Assembly (NCBI GenBank): GCA_965198175.1
Contig: OZ240245.1
Coordinates: forward strand, 736,001 to 800,000
Direction of reading: 5' to 3'
Origin: Candidatus Poribacteria bacterium
Lineage (GTDB): Bacteria > Poribacteria > WGA-4E > PCPOR2b
Length of the DNA stretch: 64,000 nt
Position 1 is the first letter of the stretch. Each line of letters begins with the position of its first letter. The translations under genes were made by a program, and so were the position numbers. Below, piece by piece: positions 43,066-53,536 of this stretch. Below the pieces are notes generated by a model. It was not told the DNA's origin. It made no database searches and worked only from the letters and a program-made list of their open reading frames with translations.

Positions 43066-44445
43066 ATGAACGAAGAGCATCAAATCAATCGTCGTAAATT
43101 TCTGAACTATGCACTCACCGGGTGCGCCACGACTATGCTTGGGCCTGTTACCAAACTGTGTCTCGCTGCAGAACTCCACAACGGACATCCACTGGCGCCC
43201 AAGCTGACCCATCATCCGGCGAAAGCCAAAAATCTGATTTTCGTCTTCCTTACCGGTGGATTCTCGCATGTCGACACTTTTGACTATAAACCGAAGCTGC
43301 AGCAGGATCACGGCAAGAAGATTCCGGCATGGGAAAATACTACACAGCCGGCAATGGGCTCGCCTTTCAATTTCCAGGCATACGGCGAGTCTGGGCTAAT
43401 GATTAGCGAGTTGTTTCCTCACCTGGGGGGTGTAGCAGATGACTTGTGCGTCATACAAAGCATGCACACGGATCTTGTTGAGCATTTTCAGGCGACGCTT
43501 GCTATGCACACCGGATCCGCAACGGTTCCGATGCCGAGCATTGGCGCATGGTTGAGTTATGGGCTGGGCACAGAGCACCTGGATCTGCCATCGTACATGG
43601 TTTTGTGCGAGCGTATTCCATACTCGGGGTCGCAGGTGTGGGACAGCCATTTCTTGCCCCCGGTGCATCAGGGTGTACGCGTCATCCCGGGTGACGAACC
43701 GGTAGGCAATCTAAAATCCTCTGCGCGGTCGCTAAAGCTGGCAGAGCTTGCACGAATCATGCTGCACGATGTCAATGAACTTCACGCGCGGCGGCGCCCC
43801 GGCGATTTGGAACTGCTTGCCCGGATGAACGCTGACAACACCGCAAGGGGAATGATGCGTGTCGCACCTCAGATGTTCGACGTATCGAAGGAGAGCGATG
43901 CGACGCTGAACCTGTACGGACTAAAACGTGACGACAACAAATCGTTCGCTTGGCAGTGCTTGGTTGCTCGACGGCTGGTCGAGCACGGGGTACGGGTGGT
44001 GGAACTCATCGACACTGGCGCAAATGACAACTGGGATGCTCACGGCAATATGGAGGAACATCGTCCAAAAGCTCGGCGGGTAGATCTACCGCTCTCAGCG
44101 CTAATTAAGGATTTGAAGCAACGTGGTATGTTTGAGGAGACGCTCATCGCCATCTGTACCGAGTTTGGTCGCACCCCATTTTCGGACAGCGCTGGGCGCA
44201 ACCATCATGGCACGGCGTTTTCCTGTTTGCTCGCGGGCGCCGGTATTAAGGGCGGAGTGAAATATGGTGAAACGGATGAATATGGCTTAGGAGTCGTCTC
44301 GCAGCCGTGTCACGTCCATGACTACCATGCCACCATCTTGCACCTGATGGGCATTGACCACACAAAACTCACCTACCGTTATGGTGGTCGCGACTTCCGG
44401 CTAACCGATGTGCACGGCAAGATTATCCCCGATGTGCTTGCATAA
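43066..44445 (+). CDS. DUF1501 domain protein with Tat signal
   Basis: 'NRRKFL' twin-Arg; 'GGFSHVDTFDYKP', 'WDAH', 'TEFGRTP', 'HATILHLMGIDH', 'FRLTDVHG'. Confidence 0.92.
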   Translation: MNEEHQINRRKFLNYALTGCATTMLGPVTKLCLAAELHNGHPLAPKLTHHPAKAKNLIFVFLTGGFSHVDTFDYKPKLQQDHGKKIPAWENTTQPAMGSPFNFQAYGESGLMISELFPHLGGVADDLCVIQSMHTDLVEHFQATLAMHTGSATVPMPSIGAWLSYGLGTEHLDLPSYMVLCERIPYSGSQVWDSHFLPPVHQGVRVIPGDEPVGNLKSSARSLKLAELARIMLHDVNELHARRRPGDLELLARMNADNTARGMMRVAPQMFDVSKESDATLNLYGLKRDDNKSFAWQCLVARRLVEHGVRVVELIDTGANDNWDAHGNMEEHRPKARRVDLPLSALIKDLKQRGMFEETLIAICTEFGRTPFSDSAGRNHHGTAFSCLLAGAGIKGGVKYGETDEYGLGVVSQPCHVHDYHATILHLMGIDHTKLTYRYGGRDFRLTDVHGKIIPDVLA

Positions 44446-44628
44446 TTCCCGGTCTTGCCTCCCTCGTGGATCGCAGAACCGTCTTTATGCCCATCCACCG
44501 GTGGCTTGATTCATCTCGAACCATCCAGGGCTTGACGATGGAAGCCTTGTTCGTCAAGTATCTACCAAGCGAAGACAACCCTCAAAGTGACATCCCTACC
44601 AATTCACCAATAACACGAGGAGTTTCAC

Positions 44629-47074
44629 ATGAAAATAAAACGTCACCCCTTGCTTTGGGCAATCCTTGGAGTTACTTTAATTTCGGCAGTAACTCTCATC
44701 ACGAACACGGTGCGTGCAGATGATGAAATTGTAAGGAGAAAAATGATGAATAATTATCAGAAGCTTTTTCCCACAGATCTCCCTGAGCGGGAGTGGCTGA
44801 GGTTCGAGGCAGAAGGTTTTACAGCGCCGGTTAGCGGCATGATATTTTCCACAAAACGCACTCGGAGCTCGACCGGAATTGAACTGGGACCTCCTATCAA
44901 TGGTATGCCGCTATATAGACCTCGAGGTTAATGGAACCTTCGGTCTGTGCACGCTGTTCAACTCTCACGTCCCTCGGCGGCTTGTCAACCGCCCCTTCCT
45001 AGGTATCAGTGTTGAAGGGCAGCCTCGGTTGCTGACGAAGGCGCACAGCGCCCAAGACTGGATATGTTACTGGGAGTCAGACACCCCGAAACTCCGGAGC
45101 CTGCCGCGTGATCCGCTCCGTGAAATCCATTACTGGGGGCATTATCCGGTGGCTGACGTAGAATACGACCTTCAAGACACGCCAATTAGCGTTGGGTTAA
45201 GAGCTTGGGCACCGTTCATACCCGGGGACATCGATATGTCCCTCCTTCCCGCTGCGGTCTTCGAGGTGCACCTGCGCAACGTAAAAGATACTCCGCAGCG
45301 CGGTACCGTAGCCTTCAGCTTCCCGGGGCCCTCCGATGAGGAGACGGAAGGCGCAACGATTTTTTCTCGTGAATCCGTAGAAGGAACCTTCTCAGGCATC
45401 TCAGTGACCAATAGTCGTGACATAGGATATGCGCTGGGAGTGGTAGGAGACGAGAAAATCCGTTCTGGCGGAGAACTCGGAATCAACGGAGAAGCTTGGG
45501 CTAACATCGAAAACAAGCTGCCTGAAGCCAAGGAATATAGGGCGGGATCATCCCTAGCGGTTGACTTTTCCCTGGCCCCTCGTGAAACCAAAATTGTCCG
45601 GTTTGTCCTCGGTTGGTATAGTCCACGCTGGAAGGGTGGGGGAACACCTACGGCAGGTGGAAATACCTACACGCATATGTACACCACAAGATACCACAGT
45701 GCGTTAGAGGCGGCGCAGAATTTGGCTGAAAATCATGAGTCGTTATTGAAACGGATACTGGCATGGCAGCAAGTCATCTATACGGACGAGAAGCTGCCTG
45801 GATGGCTGCAGGATTCACTCCTTAATGGCCTCAACCTCATCACTGAGAATAGCATGTGGGCAGTGGCGGAACCTCCGATAGGGGAGTGGTGCCGGAAGGA
45901 AGATGGAATTTTCGGCATGAATGAATCTCCCAAATATTGTCCACAGATTGGATGCCTGCCTCCAACCTTTGAGGGGAATATCCCAATCGTCTACTTCTTC
46001 CCCGAACTGGCGTTGTCTACGCTTCGCGCATTTAAGGCCTACCAGAGCCCGGAGGGCGCGCCGGCCTTTATGTTTAGCGGGTTTAGTTACCATACGCCCC
46101 CCTGTGGCATGGTGAGTCCGACCACTGGCTGGCAGACCGCTACCAACGGGCCCCAATATGTGGATATTGTGAATCGGTATTGGAATTGTACCGGCGATGA
46201 TGAGATGCTCAAAGAGTTCTACAAATCCGTCAAGCAGACCACAATCTACACGATGAATTTGAGACCAGACCTTGGCCCCGACGGCATAATCAGCGTTGCT
46301 CACGAACAGAACGCATCTGTATTAGGTTTCGCACCGGGTTTCGGTACCGACTGGATTGAGATGTGCGAGTTCCACGGAATGACGGCTCATGTGGCAGGCA
46401 TCCACTTGGCACATCTAAAGATGGCTGAACAGATGGCTGAGAAGATGGGTGATGAAGAGTTTGCTGACCAATGTAGAAATTGGTTTTCTCAGGGAAGTAA
46501 CTCGTTGGAAAACAAGCTGTGGACCGGAAATTACTACTTGAACTATTACGAGCCCACAACCGGCAAGAAGTCCGACCTAATCCTTGCCTACCAGTTGGAT
46601 GGCGAGTGGATGGCGAGGTCCGAAGGATTAGCCGGTGTCTTCCGAAACGATAGAGTAAAGACCACGTTGGAAACCATAAAGGGGACAAATGTCGCCCTTA
46701 CGGAATTCGGCGCGCTCAACTATACTAACCCCGACGGGACGCCGGTGCAGAATATCGGTTTCGGAACCTATACTGTGCTCACTTGCTACCTTCCGTTCCT
46801 CGCCATGATGTATATGTATGAAGGAGAACCCGATTTCGGATTGGAGCTGGTCCGCCGTGACTACGACACCATCGTTAAACAAGGCTACATCTGGAGTGCT
46901 GCTGGCGGCACCCGAGGTGATAAAAATACTGGCGAAGTTTTCGGCGATTATGGTTCCCATTTGAACTTGATACTATGGGGCTTGCCAGCCGCGTTGAATG
47001 GGGAAGACCTTAGCGGCCCAACCAAACCCGGTGGATTAGCGGACCGTATACTTCAAGCCGCCCGCGGCGGATAA
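44629..47074 (+). pseudogene. GH116 (GBA2-like) glycoside hydrolase, frameshifted near 44911
   Basis: ORF 44629..44931 (signal peptide...GMPL) continues in another frame as YIDLEVNGTFG into 44879..47074 ('YWGHYPVAD', 'PFIPGD', 'LWTGNYY', 'QLDGEW'). Confidence 0.8.
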
Positions 47075-47345
47075 TAGTTCGGTTGAACAATAGGATCTTG
47101 TTGCACTGGTGACGGATGTACCGTCGCTGCGTTTGGCAATGTATATGGCTGGTGCTATGTAGCCGGCTTTTGCTCTTGCGGGAGGATGCCTGTTGTGGTA
47201 GAATGCTGGGTATACATCAAGAATGCCGGCTCCTCTACTTCGGCTCAACATCTAAGTCACCTGTATAAACTATGGTTGGTATTTCTCAGACTTATCATTC
47301 CATTAAATTGACTGAATAATTAGGAATAAAAGAGGGTAATTTACG

Positions 47346-48161
47346 ATGAAACCGACATACGACTGCAAACCCACAATGACGGACACTCAAGTTCTAGATT
47401 TCTGTAAAAAAGGGTTTTTAATGTTGGAAGCTGTCGTTCCTGATGAGGTTAACAAAAAATCGTGCGATTACTGCGAACTCTATTCTTCAGGCGGCCCCTT
47501 CAAGGAGGACTCCGCTCGCCTGCCTGACGAGATCTTTGAAACAGATTGGTTCGCCGACAATATAATTCTCAATCCGGAAGCAATTGGTGTCGTCCGATCG
47601 TTATTGGGCAAAAATTTTCAACTACCGACTTTCATGGCAAACCATCGTGCAGTGTGCCCAGGAGGGACGGGCGAGTGGCACCGAGATGCCGGCTCGCTTT
47701 ACGGTCCCAAGATAGATTCCCTGAAGGTGTTCTATTATCCGCAGGATACCCCTTTGGAAATGGGTCCAACCGATTTATTGCCCGGTTCACACTTCCTCTT
47801 TGCGGGGGGATATATGGGTCATTATACTGGAATCCGGGAGACCATTCCAACAACAGCACCAGCGGGTTCTATCATCGTCTGCTTCTATAATATTTGGCAC
47901 CGAAAGGGAGTGGCTACCGCAGCGGGCACGCGTAATCTGCTGAAATACCACTATGTCCGAAACGTACCGCCGGAGCGTGATTGGATCATCGAGTCGGATT
48001 TCAACGTTGAACAGATATATAACATGCGGCAGGGTCACTACTTCTACGCGCGGGAAGGGCACCGAGCGTTCAATGACGCCGCTGAGATTTTCTACTGGCT
48101 GAGCGGCAATCACGCCGCCTTTCGTGGCATCGACAGCAGTCTGCCCGTTTATTTGGCGTAA
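47346..48161 (+). CDS. PhyH-like Fe(II)/2OG dioxygenase
   Basis: 'WHRD...YYPQD...GPT..LPGSH...WHRK'. Confidence 0.85.
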   Translation: MKPTYDCKPTMTDTQVLDFCKKGFLMLEAVVPDEVNKKSCDYCELYSSGGPFKEDSARLPDEIFETDWFADNIILNPEAIGVVRSLLGKNFQLPTFMANHRAVCPGGTGEWHRDAGSLYGPKIDSLKVFYYPQDTPLEMGPTDLLPGSHFLFAGGYMGHYTGIRETIPTTAPAGSIIVCFYNIWHRKGVATAAGTRNLLKYHYVRNVPPERDWIIESDFNVEQIYNMRQGHYFYAREGHRAFNDAAEIFYWLSGNHAAFRGIDSSLPVYLA

Positions 48162-48385
48162 CAGCGGTGTTGCAGGACTGGGATAGCGCACAGGAATACA
48201 ATTAGACAATCCAAACCGGGGATTTGTTACAGGGTGAATCACTCGTTCACCTGCTCTCGGGGAAGGCAAACGTTGCGAAACATCGGGACGAGATTCCCAC
48301 TGCCCATGTATGGGTTTACGCAGACAGCTGCAGCATTACTGTCCGAATTTAGCGAATTCTAGAAGGTTGTCGAGGAGGTTTATAT

Positions 48386-49129
48386 ATGTCTGTACAACTC
48401 GAATTTGTTGGTCACGCGTGTTTCCGCCTGTTGGAGAATGGTAGGTCAACAATCGTAACGGATCCATACTCCCATCACGATACGAAATTGGAAGATGACG
48501 GTTCGCGTCTCGACGCGGACACCGTCATTGTAAGTTCCCTCACGGACGATTCGCACAACAACGTTTCGCTCGTTCGGGGCAATCCTCGCGTCATCAACGC
48601 CTTGGACGTGGCGACAGGGGCGGCTTCGGCGACAATCAACGGCGAACCGTTAATTGCAATCGCGACAGCCGAGGCTGCTGACCATGACCTGCATGATCCG
48701 ATGGACAACGCGATGTACGCCTTCAACGCCGGCGGATTATGGTTCGCACATCTGGGCGATCTCGGGTACGGACTTAGTAACGAAGAGTTAGCGCCGTGGG
48801 AGGATAAATGCGATGTGCTGATACCTATTGTCGGTGAGAGGAACACAGTCAAGCTCGATGACCTCGACGAAATGATTGAGTTTCTCAAGCCGACGTGGAT
48901 CGTGCCCATGCACTACGCCTTGGCGCCGCTCGGAGGTGCCAATGCAGGCGGAATGAAGCCCGTCGATGTATTCATCAATCGCCATCCCCGCGCTTCCGTT
49001 TATATCGCTCGCCACCACACAGTGACCCTTCCGATGGCGAAGTCTGCGGTGGGGCGCTCGACCATCATCGTGCTTGAACCTTCAGGCTACAAGCCCACGG
49101 GCGGATTTCTGGGGTTCCGGGCATCCTGA
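48386..49129 (+). CDS. Metallo-beta-lactamase-fold protein
   Basis: 'GHACF', 'TDPY', 'HLGDLG', 'VPMHY'; HxHxDH motif degenerate (SSLTDDSH); GGAGG RBS. Confidence 0.8.
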   Translation: MSVQLEFVGHACFRLLENGRSTIVTDPYSHHDTKLEDDGSRLDADTVIVSSLTDDSHNNVSLVRGNPRVINALDVATGAASATINGEPLIAIATAEAADHDLHDPMDNAMYAFNAGGLWFAHLGDLGYGLSNEELAPWEDKCDVLIPIVGERNTVKLDDLDEMIEFLKPTWIVPMHYALAPLGGANAGGMKPVDVFINRHPRASVYIARHHTVTLPMAKSAVGRSTIIVLEPSGYKPTGGFLGFRAS

Positions 49130-49226
49130 TGTGCCGTTCAAAATCGTGGTAGGGGCGCACCCTTCGGCAAACTCAGAGTTTTCCCGTTGATTATCACTTT
49201 CATGGGAACCAAGATGGACGTGTTTT

Positions 49227-50234
49227 ATGGAATACAGACAACTCACGAGAGATGGAACGCAGGTGTCGGTTATTGGGCTCGGCACATGGCCGTTCGGCGG
49301 TGGTATGGGCGCCATGGACGATCAGACAGCGATCGCCATTACGCGAGCCGCTATTGATAGTGGCATCAACCTAATCGACACGGCTCAAGTGTATGGCGTG
49401 AGCGAGGAACGGCTCGGAAAGGCGCTGAAGGACGGCTATCGTGATCGATGTTTCCTCGCCACCAAAGTGTGGCGAGAACAGGACAACGACTACTCTCCAG
49501 CGGCAATCTTCGCCGCCATGGACGACAGTCTGCGCAAACTGGATGTAGACTATGTGGACCTCTATCAGATCCACCACCCCGATCCGTCCTATCCGCTCGA
49601 TCAGACGATGGAAGCCCTCGACCGGCTTCGAGAACAGGGCAAGACACGATATATTGGCGTCTCTAACTTCTGGGTCGAACATATGGAGGAAGCCCTAACG
49701 ACAACTCGCCTCCACACTAACCAGCCGCGCTACAACATGCTCGACCGTCGTATAGAAGCCGAGGTGCTTCCCTTTTGCGAACGTAACGGGATTGGGATCA
49801 TGGCTCACAGTCCGTTAGCTAAAGGATTGCTAACCGGCCGCTACCGTGTCGGTCATAAGTTCCCGGAGGACGACGAGCGAGCGCGCCTGTCACGCTTCCG
49901 TGGCGAGCCGTTTGCCCATTACGTCAAGGTTGCCGACCAGCTTAAACAGATGGCGGCGCATAAAAGTCTCTCCCTCATTCAGCTAGCTATTGGGTGGCTC
50001 CTGCGGCTGTCGTCGGTGAGTTGTGTACTGGTCGGTGCAAAACGCCCCGATCAGATCCACGAGCATCTCGGCGCGGCAGGAGTCACGTTCAGCGATGACG
50101 AACTTGCCCGAATCGAATCGATTCTTCAAGACACCCCCGCAACGCTGTATGATGATTATGGACGGAACTACCTTAGCGACAGTAGAGGATTTATGATTGC
50201 TGGCAAAGGGAGGGACGATGGACGAATACAGTAA
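49227..50234 (+). CDS. Aldo/keto reductase
   Basis: 'IGLGTW', 'DTAQVYG', 'ATK', 'DLYQIH', 'IGVSNF', 'SPLAKGLLTG'. Confidence 0.92.
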   Translation: MEYRQLTRDGTQVSVIGLGTWPFGGGMGAMDDQTAIAITRAAIDSGINLIDTAQVYGVSEERLGKALKDGYRDRCFLATKVWREQDNDYSPAAIFAAMDDSLRKLDVDYVDLYQIHHPDPSYPLDQTMEALDRLREQGKTRYIGVSNFWVEHMEEALTTTRLHTNQPRYNMLDRRIEAEVLPFCERNGIGIMAHSPLAKGLLTGRYRVGHKFPEDDERARLSRFRGEPFAHYVKVADQLKQMAAHKSLSLIQLAIGWLLRLSSVSCVLVGAKRPDQIHEHLGAAGVTFSDDELARIESILQDTPATLYDDYGRNYLSDSRGFMIAGKGRDDGRIQ

Positions 50235-50586
50235 AATCAAGGCGCAAGTCGAGCGGTGCTTAGAGGAGTTTATGCGAGGGGACCTCACTCAGGCTAGTCT
50301 CCATGGCATTCTCGAAGCGATGGACGAAACGCCGCCGCGGCAACAGTTGTTGTTCCTGCGCGTTGAAGGGTGGACGATTCACTCAGGTGTCATCGGCATG
50401 TTGATGCTGGACAACGGCGAGATTAACGAAGGCCCATTGAATCCGGAGGACTGGCCGTACAAGACTGTGATTGATGCTATTCAGGATGGCTGGCGTGTAA
50501 TCAAATTTCCTGAACTCGCCCTCTGGGTCGATGAGACGCGGACCTATGAGGTCGGTGGCGAGTTTGTGCTTGAAAAGTGGAGATGA
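50218..50586 (+). CDS. Hypothetical protein (122 aa)
   Basis: GGGAGG RBS before ATG 50218; overlaps the AKR stop and abuts the next gene; 'WPYKTVIDAIQDGWRVIKFP...EFVLEK'. Confidence 0.75.
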   Translation: MDEYSKIKAQVERCLEEFMRGDLTQASLHGILEAMDETPPRQQLLFLRVEGWTIHSGVIGMLMLDNGEINEGPLNPEDWPYKTVIDAIQDGWRVIKFPELALWVDETRTYEVGGEFVLEKWR

Positions 50587-50589
50587 GTA

Positions 50590-51504
50590 ATGAGAACTAC
50601 AGATGATATTCGCCCAACGTTGACCGACTCCCAGATTCTCGATTTTTGTAAGAAAGGCTATATGATACTTCCGGCGGTCGTGCCGGATGAGATTAACCGG
50701 AGAGTCATCCAATACACCAATGAAATCGCGCAGACTCGACCGGAGTTCCGGGCGCCGCGACGATCCGGCGAGGTTGAATTTCACCTTCCGCTATTAGAAG
50801 AGGACTGGTTCGTCGAGAATGTTCTGCTCAACACGGAAGCAGCCGGTGCTGTACGTTCGCTGCTTGGGAGCGGCTTTACGCTCCCGAACATCATCAGCGA
50901 CCACCGTGCCGAAACACCGATGCCGAAGCCAGGAGGTTGGCACCGCGACGGCAATTACGTCCTTGAAAAGAAACTGAACTACGTCGAGGTATTCTACCAC
51001 CCGGAGGACGTACCGATGGAAAACGGCCCCACGGCGATTTTGCCAGGGTCCCATCACCTAGCCTCCGCGCCCGTTGGCCATTACGGTAACCTCAAGGGTG
51101 TCGCGTATTTCGCGCCGCCGGAGGCGCCAGCCGGATCTATTTTAATTATGTCGTATAACCTGTGGCACCGTCGAACCCCGTCGACAGCAAAGGGATATCG
51201 ACACATGTTCCGCTTCAACTACTGGCGGACAACGCCGCCGGTCCGGGATTGGGTAATTGAACCGGAGTTCGATCTGCGAACCGCGGACTATGAGTTCTTC
51301 GATCGCCCCACCACGCGGCCGCCGACCCGAGACTGCAACGACGCGGCTGAACTTTTCTTCTGGTTGTGTGGGAAGGGCGGCGAGTTCGCGGTAATGGGCG
51401 GGCAGTGCTGGCCCAGTCCGCACAAAGGTCTTGATGGCGTCGTTCGAGGCTTTCCCGGCGATGTCACCGATGAGCGCGTGTGGTCTAAACAAGAGCCTGC
51501 ATGA
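50590..51504 (+). CDS. PhyH-like Fe(II)/2OG dioxygenase
   Basis: 'WHRD...GPTAILPGSH...WHRR'; paralogous to the 47346 and 54712 genes. Confidence 0.85.
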   Translation: MRTTDDIRPTLTDSQILDFCKKGYMILPAVVPDEINRRVIQYTNEIAQTRPEFRAPRRSGEVEFHLPLLEEDWFVENVLLNTEAAGAVRSLLGSGFTLPNIISDHRAETPMPKPGGWHRDGNYVLEKKLNYVEVFYHPEDVPMENGPTAILPGSHHLASAPVGHYGNLKGVAYFAPPEAPAGSILIMSYNLWHRRTPSTAKGYRHMFRFNYWRTTPPVRDWVIEPEFDLRTADYEFFDRPTTRPPTRDCNDAAELFFWLCGKGGEFAVMGGQCWPSPHKGLDGVVRGFPGDVTDERVWSKQEPA

Positions 51505-51578
51505 GGTGAACACGAGCAGTTATCTGGACCAGGCTCACCACAAATTCAAGGTGCAGTGCGCATCTAAAAGGAGAAAAA

Positions 51579-52418
51579 ATGCTGCAACTTTCGGCGAACA
51601 TTGAATTCATGTTCCGTGACCGCGAATTCGTCGACCGTATTGATGCAGTGGCGGAACTCGGTCTGACCGCCCTCGAATTTGGTCCGGACCCCGAAGCAAC
51701 ATCGGGTGACCTGGACATGTCGACCATCGCTGAACGAGTCAGGCTAAACAACCTGGTTGTCGCAAATATTAGTGTTCAACCCCGCCTGCGTTTGCTGGAC
51801 GGAGACCGGATCGACGCCTTAACTCAATCTGTACGGCAGTCCTGTCAATTGGCTAGGCAAATGAGGTGTTCAATATTGGGTCTGCTGGTTGAAGAGGTGA
51901 AGTGGACGCCTGGACAGCCTTGGTACGACTACCAGCGCGACGAGAAACAACGCGACCTTCGCCGTCGCCAACGAGAAAACATTGTTCGCGCTGTGAAAAC
52001 GGTGGCACCAATTGCGGAGGGAGAGGGGATGACCCTCGTGATGGAATGCCTAAACACATTAGTCGACCACGCGGACTATTACCTTGCGTCTTGGCAGGAA
52101 GGGGTATCAATCGTCAGAGAAGTGGACAATCCGGCGGTCGCATTGACCTTTGACGCTTATCATCACCAAATCAACGAAGGTAACTTGATAAACAGCCTAA
52201 CGCAAGACATTGACTTGATTCGCCACATCCATATCGCCGACGTACCCGGTCGCCACGAACCCGGCACCGGCGAAATCAATTATCTGAACGTGCTCACTGC
52301 AGCGAAGCGGGCGGGATACGAAGGTTATCTCGGACTCGAGTGTTTTCCGACCGTGAGCGATGTCAGCGTCGCGCTTGCACCAATCAGGGAGATTGTCGAC
52401 CAAGTTAATCGCACATAA
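51579..52418 (+). CDS. Hydroxypyruvate isomerase-like TIM-barrel protein
   Basis: 'SANIEFMF', 'ECLN', 'FDAYH', 'HIHIADVPGRHEPGTGEINY', 'GYLGLE'. Confidence 0.88.
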   Translation: MLQLSANIEFMFRDREFVDRIDAVAELGLTALEFGPDPEATSGDLDMSTIAERVRLNNLVVANISVQPRLRLLDGDRIDALTQSVRQSCQLARQMRCSILGLLVEEVKWTPGQPWYDYQRDEKQRDLRRRQRENIVRAVKTVAPIAEGEGMTLVMECLNTLVDHADYYLASWQEGVSIVREVDNPAVALTFDAYHHQINEGNLINSLTQDIDLIRHIHIADVPGRHEPGTGEINYLNVLTAAKRAGYEGYLGLECFPTVSDVSVALAPIREIVDQVNRT

Positions 52419-52503
52419 TCGTACCGCATTGGTAGGCGTGTCGGAGATGTTGGGAAGAGGAGTTAGGAAGGATTCGGTAAGTTCGCTAAGGTTTAACGAA
52501 AAA

Positions 52504-52536
52504 AACCTTCGGAAGGTTCAGAACCTTCCGAAGGTT
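52504..52536. repeat. Perfect palindrome between convergent genes (probable bidirectional terminator or dispersed repeat)
   Basis: AACCTTCGGAAGGTT-cag-AACCTTCCGAAGGTT, 15-bp stem. Confidence 0.7.
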
Positions 52537-52545
52537 GAGGGTTGG

Positions 52546-53307
52546 CTATTTGGCGCTCTTCATTTTTGCCCATGTGGACGTGAGCCTTCCAGCCGCTTCT
52601 ACAGCGGTCATAGACTCCAATCCTGCGCGCGCCTCATAATTCTGCGTCGCTTCTTCAGCGCTGAGTGCGCGGTTATAAAGACCGACATCGTCAATCAAAC
52701 CCTCCATGAACTCATTAGGGTCGGGATTGGCTCCGATGGCGCCATTTCCCATTTGGGTGTTTATGGGTTCACCTAAAACGTTGTTTGTGACCTCTTCACC
52801 GTCCAGATAAATGATGTCCGCAGTTCCATCATAGACAGCCGCCACATAGTGCCACTCCCCTAGAGAAACCGTAGGACCTACCGTATCAAGCCCCCATTGG
52901 GCAATAAATATCTGATCGCCGCCGCGAGTTGCTACGCCAAAGCCGTTGCCTTTCCCGTCCCAAGTGCCGTAAGCAGCGATATACTGAGACGCACCGCCGT
53001 CGCTGACTTCTCTTTTAAACCAACCGGAAAAGGTCCTGGGTTCGTTACCAATGGGGAAACCGTCCATGGGAAAAGTTATGGCATCATCGCCGTCAAATTT
53101 CATGGCGTTCGCACCGACGTGACCGGCGACCATCTCAGGATCGCCCACAACCGTGCCGTCGTTAGTTCCAACTTGGTCCGAGATGTCGCCATCCTCGAAA
53201 GACCAATAACTAACAAGTCCGTCCGTGACGACTTGCGCCCCCGCGGTAAAAGCAAATGCGACCGCCATTACCACCACAAAAAGAACCGCTAAGCTCTTAT
53301 ACATCAT
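52546..53307 (-). CDS. Secreted LamG-like (concanavalin A-like) protein
   Basis: Signal peptide, 'GLVSYWSF', 'WHYVAAVYDG', 'GLIDDVGLYNRALS', tail 'AVEAAGRLTSTWAKMK'; GGAGG RBS before ATG 53307. Confidence 0.88.
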   Translation of the reverse strand: MMYKSLAVLFVVVMAVAFAFTAGAQVVTDGLVSYWSFEDGDISDQVGTNDGTVVGDPEMVAGHVGANAMKFDGDDAITFPMDGFPIGNEPRTFSGWFKREVSDGGASQYIAAYGTWDGKGNGFGVATRGGDQIFIAQWGLDTVGPTVSLGEWHYVAAVYDGTADIIYLDGEEVTNNVLGEPINTQMGNGAIGANPDPNEFMEGLIDDVGLYNRALSAEEATQNYEARAGLESMTAVEAAGRLTSTWAKMKSAK

Positions 53308-53536
53308 TACGTACCTCCTCAAGCTATTTAGACCTCCGCCCTTTCGAGGACACCGGAGGTTTTAAGTATTAATGTGGAATTGTTCGTAGTTAATCTAATT
53401 TTGCCGCGTCAATGGATTGAAATCCGCCGGCAAAATGCCGTCAATCAGAAGTGTGGCTATTCTAGCATACAATTGATTTCGTGCCAAGCGAAAAATTCGC
53501 TCTTGGTTAATGAACGGCTGTCGTCGTGGCTAAGGT

